A program made the translations under genes and the position numbers. From assembly GCA_964522375.1 (NCBI GenBank), contig CAZFVB010000001.1:33041-97040 (forward strand): 64,000 nt of DNA, in the 5' to 3' direction. The notes below the pieces were generated by a model. That model had not been told where the DNA came from. It searched no databases and saw nothing but the letters and a program-made list of their open reading frames with translations. The stretch is from an uncultured Chloroflexota bacterium. Its GTDB lineage: Bacteria; Chloroflexota; UBA11872. This document shows positions 30,491-38,562 of the stretch, in pieces; the stretch's first letter is position 1, and each line of letters opens with the position of its first letter.

Positions 30491-31282
30491 GTGCTTGATG
30501 GGGCCTCAGGTGAGTTTGTCATCGTCAAGGTCGGTGGGACGGCTGATATTGCGTCGGGTCGGCTTGCCGCTGATATTCGTGAGTTGGTGAATGCCGGAAT
30601 ACGTGTCGTAGTCGCGCATGGCGGTGGGGACGAGCTCACCAAGTGGAGAAAGTCGAGAAGAAAACGAACGGTGTGGCACGACGGCCTCCGTGTGACCGAT
30701 GACCAAACGCGGGACGATGCAGTGCTCGTGTTTCGCGGCATTGTTGCTCCTGCAATTGTTGGAGTGCTGCAACGTGCGGGCGTGTCAGCTGTGGGGCTTA
30801 GCGGGCCTGATGGTGGTCTTGTGAGGGTTCGTCGTGCTTCGCCTGCGCTCGGATGGGTTGGTCGAGTTAGGTCCGTCAATACGAGAATTCTTGAAGACTT
30901 GACGGCGGCTGGCCACGTGCCGGTTGTGTCGCCGCTGGGTGTTGATGGCAACGGGCAAATCTATAACGTTAATGGTGACGACATTGCTGCGGCAATTGCT
31001 TGCGCGACTCAAGCCAGGGCGCTGATTTTCCTTACAGATGTGGATGGGGTGCGAAATAAAGCTGGAAAGGTTGTCGGTGATCTCGATCCAATCACAGCAC
31101 GGGCGATGGTCCGAAGCGGCGTGGTCTCTGGTGGCATGGTGCCAAAGGTGAGAGCTGCGCTGAGGTTGCTTTCAGAGGTTCGTTTTGTATGCATCGTTAA
31201 TGGGGCTCGACCACATGCGCTGCGTCGTGCAATGAGTTCTGATGGCTACGGAACGCGAATGAGCGACCACGTCCCTCTATAA
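30491..31282 (+). CDS. argB: Acetylglutamate kinase
   Basis: Amino-acid kinase family motifs VIVKVGG and VVVAHGGG. 263 aa. Confidence 0.85.
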   Translation: MLDGASGEFVIVKVGGTADIASGRLAADIRELVNAGIRVVVAHGGGDELTKWRKSRRKRTVWHDGLRVTDDQTRDDAVLVFRGIVAPAIVGVLQRAGVSAVGLSGPDGGLVRVRRASPALGWVGRVRSVNTRILEDLTAAGHVPVVSPLGVDGNGQIYNVNGDDIAAAIACATQARALIFLTDVDGVRNKAGKVVGDLDPITARAMVRSGVVSGGMVPKVRAALRLLSEVRFVCIVNGARPHALRRAMSSDGYGTRMSDHVPL

Positions 31283-31320
31283 TTTGGTTCGGACGGCATC
31301 CGGTCGTCCCAGCCACGGCG

Positions 31321-32511
31321 ATGGACGAAACGATGGACTGGAAGGCTCTAGAGGGTCGTTATTACCACCCGGCTTTTCGCCGGTTGCCCGTTACGCTTGT
31401 CCGTGGCCAAGGCACACGGGTTTGGGACGATGAAGGAAAGTCCTATCTGGATTTTGCTGCAGGTATCGCTGTCACAACACTTGGACACGGCGATCCGGAG
31501 TTGTGTCGTGCTGTAAGTCAACAGGTCGAAACCCTTGCTCACACCTCAAATCTTTTCTATACGATGCCGCAGCTTGAAGTAGCCCAGCGTCTGGTCGAAA
31601 ACTCTGATCTTGACCGAGTGTTCTTTGTGAACAGCGGTGGGGAAGCTGGAGAGACGTGCATCAAGATTGCTCGTAAGTGGGGGAAAGCGAATAGGGCAGG
31701 TGCTTACGAGGTCATAACGACGGACCATTCGTTTCATGGTCGAACACTCGCCACAACGGCTGCGACCGGCACGGTTGCGTATCAGGAACCATTTGCGCCG
31801 ATGCCGGACGGTTTCTCTCAAGTACCGTTCAACGATCTCGGTGCCATCGAAGATTCCATCTCGGACAAAACCGCGGCGGTTATGGTGGAACCGATGCAAG
31901 GTGAGGGTGGGATGTGGCCGGCAGATGTGGACTACATTCGGGGTTTGCGACGTCTCTGTGATGCCGAGGGCGTCTTGCTGGTTTTTGATGAAGTTCAGAC
32001 TGGTGTTGGGCGGACCGGGCGCTTGTTCGCATATGAACAGTTCGACGTGGTGCCGGATGTGATTGCCTTGGCGAAGGGGCTGGGTGGTGGTCTCCCTATT
32101 GGGGCTGTCTTGAGCTCCGAAGCTGCAAGTGTTTTGGTCCCTGGCGATCATGGATCAACTTTTGGTGGAAATCCTGTGGCGTGTGCTGCGGCCCGCGTGG
32201 TTCTTGATCGAGTCACGGATAACAGCTTTCTTCAGGATGTTGTAGCCAAGGGTGAATACGTGATGTCTAGACTCCGCACGAGTGCTTCTAATGGATTGGG
32301 TATCACGGATGTTCGTGGCCTCGGCCTAATGATCGGCTTTGACATGGAATCAGAGGATGCGGCGGATCAGGTTGTGTCTAGGGCCCGCGACAACGGTTTG
32401 CTTCTTATCAAGGCGGGAGCCGCGACTCTCCGAATTGTTCCGCCGCTTACTGTCACACGCGACGAACTTGAACAAGGGCTTGACGCGATTGATGTGGCTC
32501 GTGGTGTGTAG
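31321..32511 (+). CDS. argD: Acetylornithine aminotransferase (class III PLP aminotransferase)
   Basis: Class III aminotransferase pattern LLVFDEVQTGVGRTGRLFAYE and SSEAASVLVPGDHGSTFGGNP. 396 aa. Confidence 0.85.
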   Translation: MDETMDWKALEGRYYHPAFRRLPVTLVRGQGTRVWDDEGKSYLDFAAGIAVTTLGHGDPELCRAVSQQVETLAHTSNLFYTMPQLEVAQRLVENSDLDRVFFVNSGGEAGETCIKIARKWGKANRAGAYEVITTDHSFHGRTLATTAATGTVAYQEPFAPMPDGFSQVPFNDLGAIEDSISDKTAAVMVEPMQGEGGMWPADVDYIRGLRRLCDAEGVLLVFDEVQTGVGRTGRLFAYEQFDVVPDVIALAKGLGGGLPIGAVLSSEAASVLVPGDHGSTFGGNPVACAAARVVLDRVTDNSFLQDVVAKGEYVMSRLRTSASNGLGITDVRGLGLMIGFDMESEDAADQVVSRARDNGLLLIKAGAATLRIVPPLTVTRDELEQGLDAIDVARGV

Positions 32512-32552
32512 CGGTACTCTGTTCTATCGGATGAGGAGATAACAAGAACCAA

Positions 32553-33989
32553 ATGTGGGGTGGACGTTTCGACAAAGCCCCGGCTGATCGTGCGCGAGCA
32601 TTTACCCGCTCGTTTCCTATCGACCGGCGAATGTACCGGGAAGATATTGTGGCCAGTCGGGCTCATGCGGCGATGCTTGGTCGCTCTGGCTTGCTTCCCA
32701 AAGATAGCGTTCGCGCAATTATCGGCGGACTTGATGGTTTGCTCGACGAGCTTGTGGCAGCGGGTGGTCCTCCTCTTACCGACGATGAGGACATTCATAG
32801 TTTTGTCGAGAGGGAATTGACTGAGCGCATAGGAGAGGACGGGCGTCGACTTCATTTTGCGCGAAGCCGTAATGATCAAGTGGCGACAGATTTTCGACTC
32901 TACTGCAAGGGCTTTAGCCTTCGCCTTGCTGATGCTCTTCTGGATCTTATGGAGGTCCTGGTAACTCGTGCGGCGGAGGAGGCGGAAACAGTTGCTCCTG
33001 GTTTTACTCATTTGCAGGTTGCTCAGCCCATCACGCTTGGCCACTATTTTTTAGCGCTAACTGAAATGCATGAGCGTGATTTGTCGGAAGTGATTCGGGC
33101 TTTTTCGTCGGCTGATGTATGTCCGCTCGGTTCTGGAGCGTTATCTGGTGTTCCCTATGACATCGACCGTGAGGGCGTTGCTGAAGAGCTGGGTTTTAGT
33201 CAGATTTCCCGAAACAGTCTTGATGCCGTGGCGGATCGCGATTTTGTTACGGGCATTCTTAACGCTTGTGCTGGCCTGGCAGGGCATCTGTCACGGTGGT
33301 CAGAGGACCTAGTGGTTTGGGCTTCACCTGGGTATCAGCTCATACGATTTGACGAGGCCTATTCAACAGGAAGCAGCATGCTTCCGCAAAAACAGAATCC
33401 GGATATTGCGGAGCTAACCCGTGCTCGGGCTGCTTCGGTTTTGGGCGTTGCAGTTGGATGGCAGGCGACACTTAAGGGGGTGCCTCTTGCCTATGGCCTT
33501 GATTTGCAGGAGGACAAACGCGCTGTATTCGGTGTCGAGGACGACCTTCTGGTTGGACTTTCTGCGATTACGGGTGCGATAGCGACAGCCACGGTTGATC
33601 GTGCGCGCATGGCCGACTTGGCCCGTCAGGGATATCCCGAAGCCATTGAGATCGCTGATTATCTTAGTGAATTGGGCCTTCCATTTCGTGACGCGCATGC
33701 TGCTGCAGGACGGCTGGTTAGGTTGGCCGAATCGAAGAATGTTTCCTTGGCAGGCTTGGACGATTCGGATTTTTCTGACGTAGATTCGAGGCTTCCGGGC
33801 GAAATAAGAAACCGGCTGGATTTACGAGGGATCGTTGATCGACGCTCTTCATACGGAGGCACCGCCCCTGCGCTGGTGGTCGATGAAGCGACGCGCGCAC
33901 GAGAACGTATTAGCTGGAATCGTGATCGGTTACGGGAACTTGTCGGCGGTGGACTGCCCCAACCGTTGCGAGGGAATATTGGCGAGTGA
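32553..33989 (+). CDS. argH: Argininosuccinate lyase
   Basis: N-terminal MWGGRFDKAPAD and the fumarate-lyase signature GSSMLPQKQNPD. 478 aa. Confidence 0.9.
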   Translation: MWGGRFDKAPADRARAFTRSFPIDRRMYREDIVASRAHAAMLGRSGLLPKDSVRAIIGGLDGLLDELVAAGGPPLTDDEDIHSFVERELTERIGEDGRRLHFARSRNDQVATDFRLYCKGFSLRLADALLDLMEVLVTRAAEEAETVAPGFTHLQVAQPITLGHYFLALTEMHERDLSEVIRAFSSADVCPLGSGALSGVPYDIDREGVAEELGFSQISRNSLDAVADRDFVTGILNACAGLAGHLSRWSEDLVVWASPGYQLIRFDEAYSTGSSMLPQKQNPDIAELTRARAASVLGVAVGWQATLKGVPLAYGLDLQEDKRAVFGVEDDLLVGLSAITGAIATATVDRARMADLARQGYPEAIEIADYLSELGLPFRDAHAAAGRLVRLAESKNVSLAGLDDSDFSDVDSRLPGEIRNRLDLRGIVDRRSSYGGTAPALVVDEATRARERISWNRDRLRELVGGGLPQPLRGNIGE

Positions 33990-34038
33990 TGTGTCACAAG
34001 CTCTAGTGCTATCTCATCGACAACCGTTGGGTTCTTTC

Positions 34039-34064
34039 ACGTGAATTGTTCACGTAACTTTTTA
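34039..34064 (+). terminator. Candidate intrinsic terminator after argH
   Basis: Hairpin ACGTGAA-TTG-TTCACGT (7-bp arms) followed by AACTTTTTAT. The stem is AT-rich and weak, and its T-tract runs into the first ATG of the next ORF. Confidence 0.3.
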
Positions 34065-34849
34065 TGGTGCACATGAGTACCCCGGTCAAATTGTCAGTCG
34101 TCATTCCTGCATACAACGAAGAGAACCGACTCGGAAAGACGCTTCAGGCTGTGGAGGCATGGGCGTCGGACGGGACGGGACTGGTCGAGGTGGTCGTGGT
34201 TGATGATGGGTCTCGAGATGGCACGTTACGGGTTGCAGAATCCTGGGCGGCGGGCGTTGCATCACGTGAGACTTCAGTGCTTCCGATCGTTGTTTCGATG
34301 CCGCATCGTGGAAAAGGATCAGCAGTGGCCAAGGGGATCTTGAGCGCAAAAGGTGCGGTTCGGGTTTTTATGGATGCGGATCTTGCGATTCCTATGGGTT
34401 ATGTAGATCGGGTTGTAGAAGAAATCCGTCGAGGCGCTGATGTCGTGATCGGTTCACGTGAGATTGAGGGGGCGCAGCGTCGTGGTGAGCCCTGGCTTCG
34501 TCATTTGATGGGCCGGTTGTTCAATCGACTTGTGGCTGTAATTGCTGTTCAAGGGATTCGTGATACTCAGTGTGGGCTTAAGGGTTTTTCTGATGATTCG
34601 GCGGAGGACATATTTAACCGTGTGCTTCTATATCCCCCAGATGCTGACTCGATTGAGAATAGTCGAGTAACGGCTTTTGATGTCGAGGTATTGGCCATAG
34701 CTCGTGTTTTAGATAGATCTATTGTGGAAATCCCGGTGGAGTGGCGACATGTTGCTGTGAGCAAAGTCCGCCCGTTTCAAGATGCGATGCTGATGCTTGG
34801 AGAGGCTATGTTGGTGCGATGGAATCTGTGGCGAAGGCGCTACGGATGA
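34064..34849 (+). CDS. Glycosyltransferase family 2 (polyprenol-phosphate beta-glycosyltransferase, DPM1-like)
   Basis: Motifs LSVVIPAYNEENRL, VVVVDDGSRDGT and FMDADL (DxD). 261 aa. The start may be at the second Met (MSTPVK, 34073). Confidence 0.7.
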   Translation: MVHMSTPVKLSVVIPAYNEENRLGKTLQAVEAWASDGTGLVEVVVVDDGSRDGTLRVAESWAAGVASRETSVLPIVVSMPHRGKGSAVAKGILSAKGAVRVFMDADLAIPMGYVDRVVEEIRRGADVVIGSREIEGAQRRGEPWLRHLMGRLFNRLVAVIAVQGIRDTQCGLKGFSDDSAEDIFNRVLLYPPDADSIENSRVTAFDVEVLAIARVLDRSIVEIPVEWRHVAVSKVRPFQDAMLMLGEAMLVRWNLWRRRYG

Positions 34850-35120
34850 AATCTGATTTTCTGCTGATTTGTCTATGGGTTCTCTAGAAATCCTAGTGTG
34901 GTTCAAGCTGTTGCCCAGATGTTTTTGAGCATTAATCGGGTGATATTAAAGTGCAGACTTTGTTTGGTTAGTTGATGGTCTGGGTTTCTTTGTTCGTTTG
35001 GAGAGATGTATCACGTGCGACAAATGTTGCTTCGAAAAGCGGAGAGCATCACAGATGTTTCCTTTACGGGCGTCGGCTGGCTATTTCATGACCGGACCCT
35101 GTATCGCACGGTGATTTGAC

Positions 35121-36683
35121 GTGAATATTACGGTGTTTGATGGCTGGTTAGAGACGCTCGGTGGTGGTGAGCGGCAAGTGCTTGCTGCCGCAGGCGCGTT
35201 GCGAGAAATAGGATTGGTGACTGTTGTGTCACATCGATCCATCGAGTGGTCGTCGGTTACAGAGCGGGCTGGAGTTGATCTTGACGGGATTGAGTATCGA
35301 CGTGTTGCTGAAAAACCTCATCTTGGTGTGGAAGATCTTGGCTCTAACTGCCAATTATTTGTAAATGGTACGCACCACAGCTTGGTTCGAGGTGAAGGGG
35401 TGCCGTCGGTTCGATTCGTCTACTTTCCTGCCCGGGTTCCAGAGTGGCAGATAAGAGTCGTAGGAGGTTGGGTACGTCGGTTGGGTTTGGCTATCGGGGC
35501 TGCCCAAGAATCTACGGGTTGGTACGGGTCAGAACATAATGGTGCCGGCCGATACCGGCAGTCGGATGGGAGCGGCCATGTTGCTGTTCGTGCAGGAAGC
35601 CAAGTCAGATTCTGGGTAAGCGCGATGGGCCCCGATAGTCGGGCATATACGATTACTTCAACTCACGCAGAAACTCTTGCAGAAGGTGAGGCTGGAGAAG
35701 CCGGGGATTTTTCTCCGAGTCCCTGGGTTTCGGTGCCAGATGACGATGGGGTAATCGTGAAATCTGAGGCATGTGTTTCACCGTCATCAGGAGAGAGTCG
35801 CCGACTCGGAGTCGCTCTGGGATCTATAGAGGAAAGAGGTAGGCCTCTTCGATCAGGCTTCCATCGATTAACGCGTCGTATTGCTCCATCGCTTGGTGCT
35901 TGGTCTTTTGACGACAGTTTCGATCGCTACAGACAGGCCTTGGCTTCTTATGGCGTTGTCACGCCCAACTCTCATTACACGGCGGATTGGCTAAAACGTC
36001 GGTGGGGAATAACAGGGCCTGTTATTGAGCCGCCGGTGATTACTGGGCCGGGAAGTGTTGGGATCAAGGATCCGTTAATCGTGTCTATCGGAAGGTTTTT
36101 TGCAGGTGGCCATAACAAGAAACACCTCGAAATGGTCCAAGTCTTTCGGCAGTTATGTGCTGAAGGATTGGTGGGGTGGCGACTAGCGCTCGTAGGAGGC
36201 GTGGGACATCGATCTTTGGACAAGACGTACCTTGAACAAGTTCAGGCAGCTGCTCGTGGGATGCCGATCGACATTTTCCCGGATGCTGGTGAGGAATTGG
36301 TGAGCGATCTTCGAGGGCGAGCAGCTATAGGTTGGCATGCTGCTGGCTACGGAGAATCGAAGCGCAGACATCCGGAAAGATTTGAGCATTTTGGCATGGC
36401 TATTGCAGAGTTAATGGCTGCTGGGGCTGCGCCAGTGGTATATGACGGTGGAGGCTTGCGAGAGATTGTTGAGCATGGACATAGTGGATTCCGATGGCGT
36501 TCTCTCGACGAACTCAGTCGTTGGACTTTAAGTCTCATTCGTAACGGGCGAGAACGGGAATTAATTGCATCCCGGGCGCAAGAACGGGCATCGACGTGGT
36601 CGCTTTCTGTGTATCAGGGTCGAATTCTTAAGCTAGCCTCCCAGTTGATCGAGGAAAAATCCGCTACTAAAACAGTTGGTTAA
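35121..36683 (+). CDS. GT4-family (GT-B fold) glycosyltransferase with an inserted domain of about 170 aa
   Basis: The C-terminal half has the GT4 EX7E signature (EHFGMAIAELMAAGAAPVV) and a VVTPNSHYTA motif. The N-terminus is Rossmann-like (MNITVFDGWLETLGGGE). Residues about 105-275 are an extra Gly/Ser-rich beta-type segment not present in standard GT4 enzymes. A low-GC intergenic region of about 270 bp lies upstream. Confidence 0.5.
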   Translation: MNITVFDGWLETLGGGERQVLAAAGALREIGLVTVVSHRSIEWSSVTERAGVDLDGIEYRRVAEKPHLGVEDLGSNCQLFVNGTHHSLVRGEGVPSVRFVYFPARVPEWQIRVVGGWVRRLGLAIGAAQESTGWYGSEHNGAGRYRQSDGSGHVAVRAGSQVRFWVSAMGPDSRAYTITSTHAETLAEGEAGEAGDFSPSPWVSVPDDDGVIVKSEACVSPSSGESRRLGVALGSIEERGRPLRSGFHRLTRRIAPSLGAWSFDDSFDRYRQALASYGVVTPNSHYTADWLKRRWGITGPVIEPPVITGPGSVGIKDPLIVSIGRFFAGGHNKKHLEMVQVFRQLCAEGLVGWRLALVGGVGHRSLDKTYLEQVQAAARGMPIDIFPDAGEELVSDLRGRAAIGWHAAGYGESKRRHPERFEHFGMAIAELMAAGAAPVVYDGGGLREIVEHGHSGFRWRSLDELSRWTLSLIRNGRERELIASRAQERASTWSLSVYQGRILKLASQLIEEKSATKTVG

Positions 36684-36776
36684 GCACCGGTTGGTGTGTT
36701 TGTTTGCTGCTTACTTCACAGGTAATGGGTTTTGGTTGCTAGCATCGCATCGATCTATTCATGCTGTTGGTGTTCG

Positions 36777-38006
36777 GTGACACTTATTGTCCAAAAGTTT
36801 GGTGGGTCCTCACTCGCGACACGCGAGCGAATCCGTGCTGTCGCGGATCGGATTCATGACTCGCTGAGTGTCGGCGATAGGCTGGCCGTGGTTGTTTCGG
36901 CGATGGGGGACACCACTGATGATTTAACCGAGGCCGCAGGTCGTATAAGCGCGCGTCCACCTGAGAGAGAGATGGATGTTCTCCTTTCGACAGGTGAGCT
37001 AGTTTCAGCTGCACTAATGTCGATGACGCTCAATGAGCTTGGTCAAGATGCCGTAGCGCTATCCGGGCCACAGGCGGGTATTCGAACTGATGGCCGGTAT
37101 GGCCGTGCACGAATAACTGAGATCATTCCCGCAAGACTGCTACAGGAAATTGAGGCGGGCCGAGTACCCGTGGTAGCAGGTTTTCAGGGTCTCGGGCTTG
37201 ATGGTGACCTTGTTACATTAGCTCGAGGCACCTCTGATACTTCAGCAGTTGCGGTTGCGGTGGCGTTGGGTGCTGACAAGTGTGAAATTTACACCGATGT
37301 GGAAGGGATCTTCACGGCTGATCCACGCATTGTGTCCTGTGCGCAGAAGCTTGATGTCATTGTTTATGAAGAAATGCTTGAAATGGCTAAGCTAGGGGCA
37401 CGAGTTATGCACCCCCGTGCCGTTGAGATAGCGGAACACTTTTCGCTGCCAGTGATGGTACGGTCGAGCTTCAGCGATAGCGTAGGGACGGAGATCGTGG
37501 AAGAGTCGGCAATACAAATCGAAACAATGCAACGTGTTCGAGCAATTGCCCACGACATGGATGTTGCCCGTGTGACGGTTCGAGGTGTGAGCGATAGGCC
37601 GGGACTAGCTAAGGCGGTGTTTGAGCCGTTGGCTGCTCGGCATATAAACATTGACGTCATAGTTCAAAATGTTTCAGATGGTGGAACTACCGATATTTCA
37701 TTTACCGTCTCTGAAAACGATCTTGATGTGACTCTGGATCTTGTAAAACCCATAGCAGCTGAAATTGGTGCACATGATGTTGTCTCGTCAGCGCAACTTG
37801 GCAAGGTCAGTATTGTGGGTGTGGGTATTCAGAGCACTCCAGGAATTGCAGCGCGAATGTTCGGGTCGCTTGCGAGCGCTGGAATAAATATTGTGAGCAT
37901 CACTACTAGCGAGATCCGAATAACTTGCCTCGTAGACAAGGACGATGTGGCTCAGGCGGCTGTGGCTCTTCACACAGAGTTCGGTTTGGATGAGATCACT
38001 GGATGA
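36777..38006 (+). CDS. lysC: Aspartate kinase (two C-terminal ACT domains)
   Basis: N-terminal LIVQKFGGSSLAT, a kinase core and two ACT repeats. The start is set at GTG (VTLIVQKFGG). The listed ORF has a 15-codon N-terminal extension. Confidence 0.85.
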   Translation: MTLIVQKFGGSSLATRERIRAVADRIHDSLSVGDRLAVVVSAMGDTTDDLTEAAGRISARPPEREMDVLLSTGELVSAALMSMTLNELGQDAVALSGPQAGIRTDGRYGRARITEIIPARLLQEIEAGRVPVVAGFQGLGLDGDLVTLARGTSDTSAVAVAVALGADKCEIYTDVEGIFTADPRIVSCAQKLDVIVYEEMLEMAKLGARVMHPRAVEIAEHFSLPVMVRSSFSDSVGTEIVEESAIQIETMQRVRAIAHDMDVARVTVRGVSDRPGLAKAVFEPLAARHINIDVIVQNVSDGGTTDISFTVSENDLDVTLDLVKPIAAEIGAHDVVSSAQLGKVSIVGVGIQSTPGIAARMFGSLASAGINIVSITTSEIRITCLVDKDDVAQAAVALHTEFGLDEITG

Positions 38007-38515
38007 TTTCAATGATCGTTGACAGTATTCGTGTGAATCTCATCAATCCGAGCCGCGTGATGTTACTCCGCGAGCAAGATGGCCCAAGATATCTTGCGCT
38101 CGTTATTGGAAACGGTGAGGCGGATGCGATAGCTGTGAGACTGCAAAATCAAGAAGTGCCCAGACCGCTAACTCACGACCTTCTTAACAAAATGGTTGAA
38201 GATTTGGGGGGATCGGTGGTGCGTGTGGCAATTACGGAGTTGGTGGACACGACATACTTCGCGACTATTTTTCTGGATATCAATGGGGTTCCGTATGAAT
38301 TAGATGCCCGTCCGAGCGATGCTGTGGCGCTGGCCATTCGTGCGGACGTGCCGATCCTTGTGCACCCTGAAGTTCTTGATCAGGCAGGATTCGAGCCGGA
38401 TCAGGATGGTGAGGCGGGTAATCCTGATGAGGATGAGGTTGTGCCCGAGGAAAAACTAGGCGTGTTTAGAGAATTCATCAATGAGCTGGATCTTGATGAT
38501 CTCGGAAAGACGTAG
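38003..38515 (+). CDS. Bifunctional nuclease family protein (DUF151/BFN domain)
   Basis: 170 aa. Conserved ARPSDAVALAIRADVPI motif and an acidic C-terminal tail. It overlaps the lysC stop by 4 nt. Confidence 0.6.
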   Translation: MISMIVDSIRVNLINPSRVMLLREQDGPRYLALVIGNGEADAIAVRLQNQEVPRPLTHDLLNKMVEDLGGSVVRVAITELVDTTYFATIFLDINGVPYELDARPSDAVALAIRADVPILVHPEVLDQAGFEPDQDGEAGNPDEDEVVPEEKLGVFREFINELDLDDLGKT

Positions 38516-38562
38516 CTCTTAGCCTCTTTTGTTGTGAGCACCTAGGTTGGTTTGATTTCGTC

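Noticed and set aside
36684-36776. Lysine riboswitch (L-box) upstream of lysC
   Set aside because: The spacer to the upstream gene is only about 93 nt, too short for an L-box of about 180 nt. No conserved L-box helices are recognisable.
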